Assembly: GCA_976226885.1 (NCBI GenBank) | Contig: OZ320313.1 | Coordinates: 146,754,001 to 146,818,000, forward strand | Reading direction: 5' to 3' | Source of the DNA: Iphione sp. A-MEVVRFRX5 | Taxonomy: Eukaryota | DNA length: 64,000 nt | Part shown: positions 1 through 12,100 of the stretch, in pieces | Position numbering within the stretch: position 1 is the stretch's first letter | How the letters are laid out: the number at the start of each line of letters is the position of its first letter | The notes under the pieces: model-generated | The model's input: only the letters and a program-made list of their open reading frames with translations | Told to the model about the DNA's origin: nothing | Databases searched by the model: none | Position numbers and translations under genes: made by a program

Positions 1-249
1 AGCCGCACTATGGAGGCTCATGACGTGTGTGTGTGTATGTCTCTCCCCACTACAGCCAGAGGCCACACTACTCATACACTTAATCCTCAACAGTATAATA
101 CATGCATACACACATACATACATGCATGCACGCACACACTGGTTCTGTACGAAAAGTTTACAAAGGAGTGACAAATGTAACAGTTAACTTCATTGTATCT
201 TTAATCAGGAACTAGATATTCTCTATCACATGACAGAGCTCTTCCATAT

Positions 250-512
250 CCTCCTGGGGTAGCATACTACCATATATTGTTGAGAATTGAGAGACCAGAA
301 TACCCGGGGTTGTCTCCTACTCTTATTTCGAATAGGTTTCTGGGGTCTTTTTGTGCATAGGAGACAGAATCCTATACACCCACAGCCTTTTTACGAGTTG
401 TGGACCACTCTGGGTTGGGGCTACAGTAAATCTGTCTGGTCGTAATCAAGAGTCCCAAGCCCGGGATTGAACCTGTGACCTTCTGATAACAGTATACAAC
501 GTGCAGTGCTAA
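250..512 (-). mobile_element. tRNA-derived SINE with Meta-like central domain, 5' truncated
   Basis: Minus strand has a Pol III B-box GGTTCAATCCC (463-473). It is followed by ggctgtgg..tgt..ctgtct..tgcac.aaaagacccc..tcgaaataagagtag, which resembles the MetaSINE core as I recall it. The A-box is missing. Confidence 0.7.
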
Positions 513-3147
513 AAAGAAGTGCTAGTCTGAATTGCACTCTGAAAACATGTTATTTACAATTGTCCGTCTTGGTACGACGCGCTTCAACGAGCGGAAATAC
601 AATCACGAATGTTACATGGGTAAATGTTAAAGAAAAAAAAATGACGCTCTTTTTTTATCAATGAAATGTTTGTGCATATTTTATACATATACCTCTTATC
701 ATGTGCCTACTTTTTGTCTTACTAAATTCTATGCAGCTCTATATTGTGTAGTGTGTGGAATTTATTGTCGTCTCTACTTTCAGACTTCGCAAAATGCACG
801 CGCGCACGCTCTCCGCACTCATGGAAACAGCATTACTTGCACCAAAATATGAGATAGCCATGAATTTTTGGTCAACGGACAGAAAACGATGACAGGTGTA
901 GGTCTTCTTGTGAATATTTTTTTTTTTATGCGTTATGCCTGGGCAATAAGTTGATGTGGTCAATCAGGTTCGTAAAAGCTGTGAGAAGAAGACAATGTGT
1001 AAGGGAGCGGCCTTTTTTGGGTCATGTTCCATCAAGCAACAGTTTAAACACATCTCCAAACGGAACGGAAAGGGTACTAACTAATGTAGGTTTACAACAG
1101 CACAGATCCCCGAAAATCACCGTGGGTCCAGAGGCGGCAATAAGCAATGCCAGGGAAGCAGGGAGGATCCATTGGACAAAGTGACGAGACGACAGACCTA
1201 GCTACTACTTCAGTAGGTCAAACAGAACAAGAAGTAACATTGTAGTCCGAAAATACAGTGCCCAGCAGGTTTTATGTGACCGGCTGATATTTTGTCCTCT
1301 ACCCTACTTCGTTTAAATCCAGATGACCCCATCATGCGCTTCTGGGCTATTTTTAACTCAAACTAGTCACACTCTAAATATGACTAAGTCAAGTGGGGAG
1401 AGTCTGTGATGCGTTAAGAGCCTGTGTGAAAGCCTTCTTTTTCGTCTCCTGAATGATCAAGGGACCTGTAGTTTTTCCGCAACTAGGAAATACTGTCGGC
1501 ACGTCGTATTACATTGTTGAGAAACCAGGAAGCTACTTGGGCACACTGACTGCACGAGTAACACCTGGGGTGAGCTTGCCAGCCAGAAAAGAAATCATCG
1601 AGAATGCAATGTCTTCCTGATCAATCATCGACAAATAGAGCAGTCATAAAATTAACTTTTTGCCGTGACATATGACACTTCCGCCAAGACAAGAGAAAAC
1701 AGGAGACAATTTATTCGCAGGTGGAGGTGGAGTCGGTAGATTGGCAAGCATGCCGTTAAAATAGTGGATACATTTTGGCGGGCCTCGTTGCGAGTCAGCA
1801 GCTGAAGTTCACTTGTCTATGATGTGTCCTCAGATCACCTGTAACTTCCTCAGGCACATGCGTCCTACTACCCTTACAAAGACATCCACCCTAAAAGTTA
1901 TAGTCTATGGCTCTACTTTATTATCCCTTTAAGCCTTCATACAGCATAAAAGCTTTATGCTATTGGACCATCAGCAAACAGGATGCAAGCCCTAACTCCA
2001 TGTATGTATGTATGTTTTCACAGGCATGACAGCATAATTTCACAGTAGGAAAGGGGACTTATCTACTAGACTGCTTCCACACATATGTAGCATGTACCAT
2101 GTAGCATGTTTTCAAGTTTGGAACATTCCTATTCCACTGTGTTTGACTGCTGTGTTTGGCTGTTTTCAATGGCAGCTATGCTAAACTACTAGGGTGATAC
2201 AAGGCCGCACACTGGTTGTATTAGTTTCTCCTGTGAATGTTAACTTTTCACAATACTCCATTACAACCAAACATGCAACATACGAACATGGGGACAATGC
2301 ACCTAAAATCTGATAATACTAACTAAAAATTCAACACTGAATTGGGCCAAGAGACAAAGAAAACTTTTGATATGTCCTAGGTTGTAAAGGTCCCACTTTG
2401 AAGCCTGGTTCTGTTCATTTTTAACCCAGCATTTGTTAGTTAAATTCTTGTATTTACATATGAATGTTAGAACATGAGGCAAACTAAAACAACACACGGA
2501 TGTTGCATTTAGGGGCCACAGGTCGTCAATCATGCGTTAACGAGGAGGGTCTACGATCTATTCAAAGCAGGCACATATACAAAAAAAAAATTTTACTGAG
2601 GAAGTACAGCGGACAAGTTTTGTTAATCCCAGTATGCAGCAACTAAATGCTGGTACCGAGACAACTCGGTAGCACCCCTCAGAGAACAGAGCATAGCCGC
2701 GTTTCGAACATACACAAACAATCGACGCTCTGAACTCGCCGAGGAGCCTGCAAAGACCAGCGATCCCACCATACGAAAATCAGTACCCTTGCCAACGTCT
2801 AAAATATAAATGCTGGTAAACAAGACAACAAATACTTTCCTCAGGAACTGACAATGCCAGTGGAATCACTGAATGTAATCAGAACCAAAATCTCAACTGA
2901 ACATTTGCACCAGAACGTTTTCATAACTTTCAGAGGTCTGTTAATTTTTAAGGAGATGTGTCCGTACGGTTTGAAAGATAAATGGTCAAAAGGTAGTTAA
3001 ACAGAGTCTAGACAAACACATTCTGAAGTTTCAAATCAAGATACACAGGGATGGAGACTCGATTTCCAAACACTAGATATACCAAAATAAGCTTTGAGTA
3101 TATTTCCTTGATACAAAGAACTTTTAACTATAGGAAAATTACTTCAG

Positions 3148-4382
3148 ATGCTAATGAAATCGACTTCTGATCTAGTGTCACACTCTTTGATAGTAAGGAA
3201 ATTGATAAACCATGGATTTAAGGGAACAGTGGTAAATTGGTTTGTAGAATACCTGAGGGATAGAAAACAGAGAGTAAGATGTAATGGATTGGAATCAATG
3301 TTTAGAGAAGTAGGGATGGGAGTTCCACAGGGGTCCATTATGGGCCCCTGGTTGTTTTCAATTTTAATTAACGACATCCAGCATTGTGCCTTCCCCTGTA
3401 GGCTAGTTGTCTATGCTGACGACATCACCATTTATGGGTGGGGGGTAAGTGCATTGGCCCTGAATATAAAACTCCAATATACACTAAGACAAATATCTGT
3501 CTGGTGTAAATCAAATGGGATGATCATAAACCTAGAAAAGTCGAAATACATGTGTTTTAAAAAATCAATTCCCTTTGATCTGGAATTGATTTTAGAGAAC
3601 AAAAATCTAGGAAGAGTACGAAATTTTAAACTACTGGGTTTTGAGCTGGATGAGAGGCTGACCTTTAAACGAGTAGTGGAGCAAATGATAAAACAGTTAA
3701 GATCAAGATGTTACCTATTAAGGAGGGTAAGGGGAGAACTTAACTACAGTTGTTTGTTCTTGGCATTTAATGCATTCATTGTGCCTATTATACATTATGG
3801 GGCAGAGTTCCTAATAGGTATATCAAATAAGTTAAAACAGAAACTAGAAAACAGCTATTTAGATTGCGTAAAAAGGTGTTTCTTATCAACAATGGTTTCA
3901 CGTAAGGATGTGAGGGAGTGGATGGGGCAAAAACAACTGCAGGGAGTAAGTAATATAACATGGTATCGTACAATGATGTTGATATATGACATGTCTAATC
4001 TTGGCCTTTTTAGATCGGGACCTAGAAGAAACACAAGAGCAGGTCTACGATCAGACCTCTACGTGGATAAGCCAACTTGTTCTAGTTATATTAATAGTTT
4101 TGTGTATCAGGGTAGTAAGGAATGGAATAAACTTCCTATGGATGTCAGGGAAAAAGACAGGAAGTTTCTCAAGGCTGACCTAAGAAGGATAGCTTGGAAA
4201 CAGCTGTGAATGATGGCCTCAGATTAAAGCGTATTAAGCACAAGGAGATTAGAGCAAAGAAACTAAGTCAACTTTTTTGTATGATTTGTTAGTATTCATG
4301 AGCGCAAAAGGAATATCATTTTGTGTAAAAATGACATTGTTGCTCAATAAACCTTTGAAACCTTTGAAACCTTTGAAACCTG
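3148..4382 (+). mobile_element. 5'-truncated non-LTR retrotransposon (CR1/L2-like LINE): RT C-terminal ORF, 3' UTR and tandem tail
   Basis: ORF 3148-4209 has DLVSH, GVPQGSIMGP, YADD, NLEKSK and FKLLG RT motifs. AATAAA at 4346-4351 runs into (AAACCTTTG)n to about 4380. LINE homology begins at about 3168. Confidence 0.92.
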
Positions 4383-7300
4383 ATAGAAACTATTGATTCA
4401 GTAGAAAACTTATTCTGTGCTAGGCCAAAAGTTTAGACCTAAATTCGAGTTTATGAACATTTTACAAGGAATAAACTTGAGGGTATATCATACTTTCCAA
4501 ATATAATGAAATGGATTCTTATCTCACAAAATAATAATTCTATTAGCATAATAATTAATATCAGTCCGTGTAGGCGGTGGATCGGGCTGCAACTTTATGT
4601 CTAATATGCTTTATATTATTTCCGGGGTGCCAAAGTGTTATCTTTTAACTTTTTGGTGAGTATATAGCAACAACAATCCCAGTGATTTTGTGGTCCATAG
4701 GAGGTGGTGTGCCAAAGCAGGGGCGCAAAAGTACATAAATACGAAATGCATTGAAAGAGACATTTTTTACAATGTTTCCGTCTGACTTTCACTGAAATTT
4801 ATATTTATTAGCATCTAACATAATACACTGTCCTGGGGCAAATATTAAATCCATGTGTAAATTGGTAGCCCAATTTTACTGCCTGTAAATGACAAACTTA
4901 AACGGGCATAACTGAACAGCGGCACTCGTGTATCCTCAAATTTAAATCATTCAAAACACCGAAGAAAGAATGGTTTATATCACAGTCTATATTTCAGCTT
5001 TATTATAATACCCTACACAGGTAAGATTTCTCCTTAATTTCCTTCATTAAACTGTTCTATAGATAAACGAATAATGATTCGACTACACAACAGTGACCCT
5101 CTGCTGTTAATTGAATGTAAGTGTAGCTCAGCAAATATTTCCTTATGGAAACTACCAGAAGACACATGACCAATCGCTGGCATGCTTGGAGATTGTGCAT
5201 CTTCCCTTACCTTTGATTCCTGGCAGCACTTAAAGTTTTGTATTTCTCCTAGTAGCAGACAACTTTTCACCATTCATGGAGGGTTTTGTTGCTAGGAAGT
5301 ATTCTTGTCATGCCAGCCGTCAAAGACAACTGAAGCTGGACAATGTCTGAGCCTTTGGGCAACCAATTAAAATGCATTTTCTGTCAAATTAAAAACTATT
5401 TTGATGAATAATAAAGACAAAGAACATCCCTATCAATACAGTGACAGCTAATCAACTTTGAGCGAGCAGAGAATAAGGTCTGATGGGAGCTGATGATGAA
5501 ATAATTGGGGATTCCTAAGCACCAAAATGTCGCCAATCTAGAAACGTAGAAAAAAAATTGTTCAGCCTCATTATTGACACTGTGAAATGGGCGGTTCTCT
5601 GGTCTCTCTCTATGGACCATTGGCAGACAGTCCAGTGCCAGCAACCCTCTATAGAGGTAGATCCCCCCATTACCCTAAGGCTTCCTATTACATTCAGGGA
5701 CCTTTGGAGATTCTGAAAGGAACGGGTGAAGTTTTAACACCCTGTATTGGGTGACCACGTCACTCGTTTGGTACCTGACTAGACTATTATAGTTGAAACC
5801 ATGCAATCCTGAATAGTAAGTAATTAACCTCGCCATCTAGCCAGGAACCCCACATATCCACCGGATCACACCAGGAACCCCCATCTCTCTCCCCTGAAGC
5901 ATCATGGACGCCCTTATATCTCCATCTCTCCCCATGTATTTTTTATATTCCTCCATATGCATGTAATCTACGTTCTCCACCACGAAATTATCATATAGGT
6001 CTAGAAGCTTGTACTCCGCTTTATGGGTGTGTGTGTGTGTGTGGGGGGGGGGGGGGTGCATCGACACCCCAACCCATTCACGTGGATACACTAGAGTCAC
6101 AGAGATAAGGCACCTAGCATCGTATTCCTGAATACAATCTAGAAATGTACATAGATACGTGTGAGTGGCACCTACTAATCAGTCAACATTAATCAACAAT
6201 GATTAAAACTCTAACATCGTGAAATTGTCTTCCAACTGAAGCTCACTGATGATGACTACATGTCTAATGACTGGTAAATTTCTTCAAAGTCGGGCTCGCA
6301 TAATAATAATAATACATCCCCAATGTGGATAATAGCGAAAGTCACGATTATGGTACTTTATTATTTATATTTAACTGGTTATCTCGTGCCCTGATATATC
6401 TGACATCTGTCTAACGACGCTGCATTCGTGGAAATTCTATTTCATATCCTTTCGCATGCACAATGGATAGAGCAAAACTGCGGGTGTTTGTTTTGTTCAA
6501 ATGTACACACAGCAAATTGAAATTCACCTCGTTTCCCTCAAGGCTCAATATTTTCAAAGAAGGTGTCCCAAGTATATATTCAGGCTGTGTTTTTCCGGTG
6601 ATAAATTCTATAGATACTTACAATGGATGGCGTACAGTTACAATCCACATTTTAGATATGTCAAATTGGGGAAAAAACATCCATAAACAAAATACACACA
6701 AAAACCACTTCTAAGTTCTATATGTTGAACTCAGTTTTCCACTGTTTGTTGTGTCACTCAAACTAAGACAGTCAGAATACCTTTAAAAAAAGTTAGTTTT
6801 AATGAGCTCGTCTTTTTATCCCTCATGTGACACTGACAACATACATTCCAGTAGCAAACGTAACTTTTGAATGCAAACTATAACTGCACTTGGCTTGTCA
6901 ACCTTGGCTTGTGTATAAAGATGGTTATACCTTGGCTTGTGTGGCGCACTGCAGTGCAGTGAACATGAAGCCTTCGAGGCATGATGAATGAAAATGTAAC
7001 TATTCACTTGCATTCCTTACCTGAAACTAGCGAGGCGTTCCTTGGCTTTGTCCTTGAATGATCTTCTACTCGTATCTGTGGCCATGTCCGTCTGGACATC
7101 CACTGTCAACAGGGCTCCAGTGGCAAATATTCGCGGGACTGCTCTCAGAGCGTCTGGGGGGTTGGGCCAGGTACCCTGCGTTCCAGGTCCAGCCTGTTTG
7201 TAAACATGCTTCCGTTTTCAACAGTGTACTCCAAACGTAACCACTGCCAGCGTATAAAACCTTAACACCGATAGACGTCTGGAGTTCTCCTTGCATGCGC

Positions 7301-7784
7301 ACACTGAATTCAATACTCTGGTGACGAAAAATGAAAATATTGTAAATTTTATAGTTCCTATGACCCCTTTAACCAGCCATATGCATTCGTTTCCAAAAAG
7401 AGGCTGGATCCGAATGACATCATGGCAGCTACAGTGTAGCAGTAGCTGAGCGCCCTTGCAACGAACGAAGTTGTCAGACGCAGCTGGCTCAGCTGGTGCT
7501 GCCATGAAGTGGAAGTGGCAGGCAGCTCAATATTAACATCGCTGTTGTAATCTATAATCATTACATCAACGTTCTTGAGAGGGCTTCTGATAAAATACAC
7601 ATAATATTGAAAGTGTTATCTATTGCAAATACTTGACACTTACCGATATGACTCATCATCACATTTGATAAACCGCTACGGCAATATAGGGTTGTGCAGA
7701 CAATTTATAGCTTTTTTGTTTTTTTAAAAATTAGTTATCAATTTGTTCTGCCTCTAACAACTACTAATGTGGTACAAATAATTT

Positions 7785-8433
7785 TAGTAATCATTTCCCC
7801 ACGGTTCATAGTCAATATGTCACCCTGGTCAAAATGCCACCTCTCCATTTAAGTCAAAATGTCACCCCGTGTTAGCACTATAATCAGCAAGTTTATACCA
7901 TTAATTGATGGGTTTACACACAGTTCCAAGCAGGGCTAGGCATCCAAAGACTATAGGCCCTACTTACACAAACATAAGAATACAAAAATATTATATTCAG
8001 TTATTTTACAAACAATCTTTTGGAGATGGTCTTTGACAAATGTAATGTCACTGGTTGCAAATACTCTTCTGATGTATCCTATATTGTCAGTATAAATAAA
8101 GAATAGCAATAATATACTGCTAATCAGTAGGATTATACTGCTAATCAGTAGGGTTACACCCAGTGCAGAGGAAAGAGGTGTCGGAGATGTGGGTTTTAGA
8201 AGTAGAGCTACAAAGAGAGTATACTAGAAAATGAGGGTGAATTGTTTTTTGTTACTATTTAATTTATTTTTTCCCAAAATCTTAAGTACCAATACTCAGA
8301 AATATGCAAAAAAAACTATTCTATGAACAAGTGTAATTAATCCATAGATTAACTTGGAGAAAGAACATATTAATTGGGTGAAGTTTTGACTTTCCAGTTA
8401 GGGTGACATTTTGACTTGGGGAACATTTTTACC
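7785..8433. mobile_element. Non-autonomous DNA element with repeated subterminal inverted motif GTCAAAATGTCACCC
   Basis: Several gtcaaaatgtcaccc-like copies at 7811-7868 and inverted gggtga(ca/ag)ttttgac copies at 8375-8416. The interior is AT-rich with no ORF. Ends are approximate. Confidence 0.55.
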
Positions 8434-9170
8434 TGTCGCCTTCCCCTCACTCCCTATGAGATTATCTGTTGTCCCTAGGATACAATATACTCATATTATA
8501 GTGGTGTTCTCCCGGTTCCTGCACTCTTGTATGCAAGGAAGGACATACACTTGTTCTACAACATCCAAACTACCCCGTTTTCACTGACTTTTAGCTGAAA
8601 AGGACCCTTGTTACTAAAACAAACACTGATTTCAGCAATCACCAAAAACATCCTTTTAAAAAAAAAAGAAAACACTGACTTTTTAAGAAAAATGAAAGTT
8701 GTGAATCAAACTGCACAAATAATTAGGTGCATTTATAATAAACTTCTCTGTGTATTGGTGGAAATATAATGTCCATCATGTTAGGTATCTAATTTCTGTC
8801 ACTGGGGAGAAAAGGTTTATTCAATACGCAGAGGATTAGAAATGAAATTTTGGGAAAAAAGAAAAAGATGGTTATACCTAATACCTAAACTCAAACAAAT
8901 ATGAAAACTTCCAGACTAAGCTGGTGACTAGGAGGGCTCAAAGGGAGAATACTTCTCCTAGATCCTGAGATATCTCAGCAGAAACTTGTTTTAACCACTT
9001 TTTCCAAAAGATGAAATTCAATACTTTATACATACTTTATACATTCTTTGACACCCTATATAGTTTAAAATAGAGTACACTCTCACCCTGCGACCATGCA
9101 GATGGGGCTACCACTCAGCTATGGCAACCGTTTTGCCCAGACCGAACCGAATTTCAGTACATTCACTATA

Positions 9171-9920
9171 CAGGCCACTCCCTCCCCGCGGACGCGTCTC
9201 CAATGCGGACGCGTCTCCAATGCGGACGATTTGACGCAGAACGAAATTATTTCCTATAGTTAACCATTATACGAGGACGTCTCCATTCAGGACAGCAATT
9301 TTCGCGGAGCGTCTCCCTGCGGACGCGGCATTGTCGCGGTGGTAGGGGGGAGTTTGGGCTGTCTGAAGTGGATTTCAAAGCTAAACGAGGTGTTGTCGCT
9401 CTGGTACATGGGGGCTCGGGCCCATTTTCAAAGGTAGACATGAATAAACCCTGTGGACGAGGTGTTGTCGCGCAAATGTGGGGCTATAGGGAGGCTCCAG
9501 AAGTCCATTTTCAAAGGTAGAGATGAATAAACCCTGTGAACTTAGTGTTGTCGCGCGAATTTGGGGCTCCAGGGAGGCCTGAGAAGTCATTTTTCAAAGG
9601 TAGATATGAATAACCCCTGTGGACGAGGTGTTGTCAAATTCAGTGCTTTTAGGACTTTAACTGGTCAACTTCAGTACTTTTAGGACTTTTACTGGTCAAA
9701 TTCAGTACTTTTAGGACTTTTACTGGTCAAATTCAGGCTTTTTTGGACTTTTACTGGTCAAATTCAGTACTTTTTGGACCTTAACTGGTTAGAGAGAGAG
9801 GGAGAAAGGGATTTCATTTTCTAGTTTGACCCCCCTGTAGTGATCTCCAATGCGGATGCATCTCAAATGCGGACGATTTGAAGCAGAACGGAGGGTGTCC
9901 GGAATGGAGAGAGTGTACTG
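9171..9920 (+). mobile_element. pogo/Tigger-like MITE, same family as 45273-45975 and 47625-48358
   Basis: Ends are TA|caggccactccc and gagagagtgtactg|TA. It shares gcggacgatttgacgcagaac, ttttcaaaggtagatatgaataacc and actggtcaaattcagtacttttagg repeats with the other two copies. Confidence 0.85.
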
Positions 9921-10554
9921 TATAATGTTCTCTGCCCACTGCGACCACTCGCCCAGGGCAACCAATCAGCTAATAAGACCGCCATTTTCAGTACAAAACA
10001 ATGGTTTTTACTTGTCTTGAGCGACCACAAGCCTGACACTGGAGCCCCAAGCCAAGGTCACACATGGTCAGGGCATGTTGCATGGTAAGTCATTGCAAGG
10101 GGACAAGTTAAAAATAGCAATCATCCCACTCCCCAGGGCCTATAAAAGGCCCCGGTCTGTGCTCCTCCCCTCACTTGCCATCACCTTTCATTTTTGGAGC
10201 CTTTCTGGGGCAAAATCTTGGCAGTCGGCTGCTTTGTAGGTGACAGGAGACCCTTAAGTGACTCTAACAAAGAGTATACTTTTAGGACTTGTTGGACTTT
10301 TATCCATCAAGTTCAGCACTTTTAGAACTTGTTGGGAATTTTCCATATCAAATTCAGCACTTTTAGAACCTTTTTGGAATTTTCCCCATCAAATTCAGCA
10401 GTTTTAGGACTTTTGGGGGACTTTTACCCACAAAATTCAACACTTTCAGGACATTAGTTACTTTGTAGAAAGAGAGAGAGAAGGGGAATACATTTTGTGG
10501 TTTGACTCCCTAACCAGTGGCTTGGGCGACCAGTCCCTTAGGTAAAGCCCTTTG

Positions 10555-10713
10555 CAGGCCCATTGCCAGGAAATTTACTGGGGGGTATAGGACGATACCC
10601 CCAATACCTGAGAGGTGGAACTAATTTTGTTTATTCCTATCAAGGCATATAGTCAGAAATGTCTTTGGAGGGTATCGTCCAATACCCCCAATACCCCCTT
10701 GGCTACAGGCCTG
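10555..10713 (-). mobile_element. Short CAGGCC-ended MITE with 5-bp TSD (hAT5-like)
   Basis: Ends caggcccattgccagg and cttggctacaggcctg. Both flanks are ctttg (10550-10554, 10714-10718). Confidence 0.8.
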
Positions 10714-11599
10714 CTTTGGTGGTCGCTTTAGGCAGAGGCAACTGTATGTGGATGCTGTGGAATATGTAAATTGATATTGAATTTTACTATAACAGAACCC
10801 ATTTGAGAAAAGATATCTTAAACCTATTTCAGTCCTTAATAGAATACTTTTCATATTCATATATTATATAGTAACTTTAAAAGATCCTCAATATTTGTTG
10901 CTATTGCAACCTTATGTATGCATTTATGTGATTTAGCTCATTTATATATGTGACCTGTTTCAGCAAAATGAGTCAGAAGTTGGAATAAATCAAATTTTGG
11001 TTATGTATTTAATCAAAATATGCTATATCCTAGATTTTTGATGAGGTATAGTATGTTTTCCTACCATAATTAGGTGAAATATGGTAAAATGACAAAGTTA
11101 TTAAGTATCGCACCTAAACTCAACTTTTATTCTAATCTATTAGAGATTAGAATAAAATTATAAAATGAACTATCTTGAACAAAGACTTTGTACAAATTGT
11201 TGAATAACTACTTGTGGTTTTCCAGTCTAGTCACATAGATATTCAATTCTAGTCTAGCAGACATTCAACAAAATCATTAAACAAGGTCATCTGGTCTCTT
11301 TTGGTCAACCATGACCTCCTTTAGCATGCTCTGCTTGTGGTTATGGCTATGGCTCAGAGTAAGAGTTTTGGTCTGAGCTTGATCTCTATTTGTCTGAATA
11401 TCTCCTCCTCCTCCTACTCCTCTGCAGTGTCCAGGGTCTGAGCACTCCCATAGCCACTAGTGCCCTTGCCTCTGCCTCTGATTCTGTCTCTGCCTCTGCC
11501 TCTGCCACTGTCCCTGTCTCTGGCTCTGCCCCTTCCTCATGCAGGGTCTTCATCAGCAGGTCCTAGAGCTGGGCATGGAGCTGGTCCTGGCTCTGTGTC

Positions 11600-12100
11600 T
11601 GACTCTGCTCCTCTCAGAGCAGGGTCAGGAACAGAGGGCTTTGGGCACATGATGTCTTTGGTCTCCTCTGTGCAGAAGTCTCTGATGTTCTTGAACAGAT
11701 ATATACAGTGTCTCTGAGTGGACAAACAAGGGGAAGGAGCAGTTGGGGGAGTCACTAGGAACAGCTAGGGGGCTAATACTTAGCATCTTGAAAGTGTGGC
11801 TGGTTGTCTGCCTACTGGTAGAAGGAAATAACTCCAGGGTTCTCATTTGAAAACCCAAAATGGTGATGCTGCTTAATACCTTGGAAACATTGGACAAAGG
11901 GGCAGAGAAAAGCTCACCAGCCATATGATGGCACTTCAATGTTCCACAACTCGTCGCCAATGAGTTGGGGAATGTTGACCTGATCCTAGGTATTCTTCAG
12001 TACTGTCTGAGATAACTCTTACAGGCTAGACACAGGCTCATGCTGAAACTTCTGTTTCAGCACACCGAAGCACCAGTCAGCAGCAAGTGTGGCTGTCTGT
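11600..12100 (-). pseudogene. Decayed DDE transposase C-terminus (Sola-like)
   Basis: Minus-strand reading across stops and frameshifts gives HT..AADWCFGVLKQKF..VNIPQLIG..GIKQHHHFGF..PG..LSTQRHCIYLFKNIRDFCTEETKDIMCPKP. This matches the GHTKFxPDWCFG-type transposase tail as I recall it. The superfamily call is inference. Confidence 0.6.

Larger units (their letters stand above)
9073..10744. mobile_element. pogo/Tigger-like host MITE carrying two nested insertions
   Basis: Left end TA|gagtacactctcaccctgcgacca. Right end ggtggtcgctttaggcagaggcaactg|TA. An internal ~30-bp aaattcagcacttttaggac array lies at 10270-10450. Confidence 0.6.

Noticed and set aside
440-512. tRNA gene
   Set aside because: Only a B-box arm is present and it is fused to a SINE body. 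There is no complete cloverleaf.
5837-6100. 87-aa minus-strand ORF
   Set aside because: It runs through poly-G and (GT)n tracts, with no identifiable domain or convincing splice sites.
9650-9790. Regular ~30-bp repeats that could suggest a CRISPR array (also 45400-45520 and 48075-48225)
   Set aside because: There are no unique spacers or cas genes, and the repeats are internal to eukaryotic MITEs.
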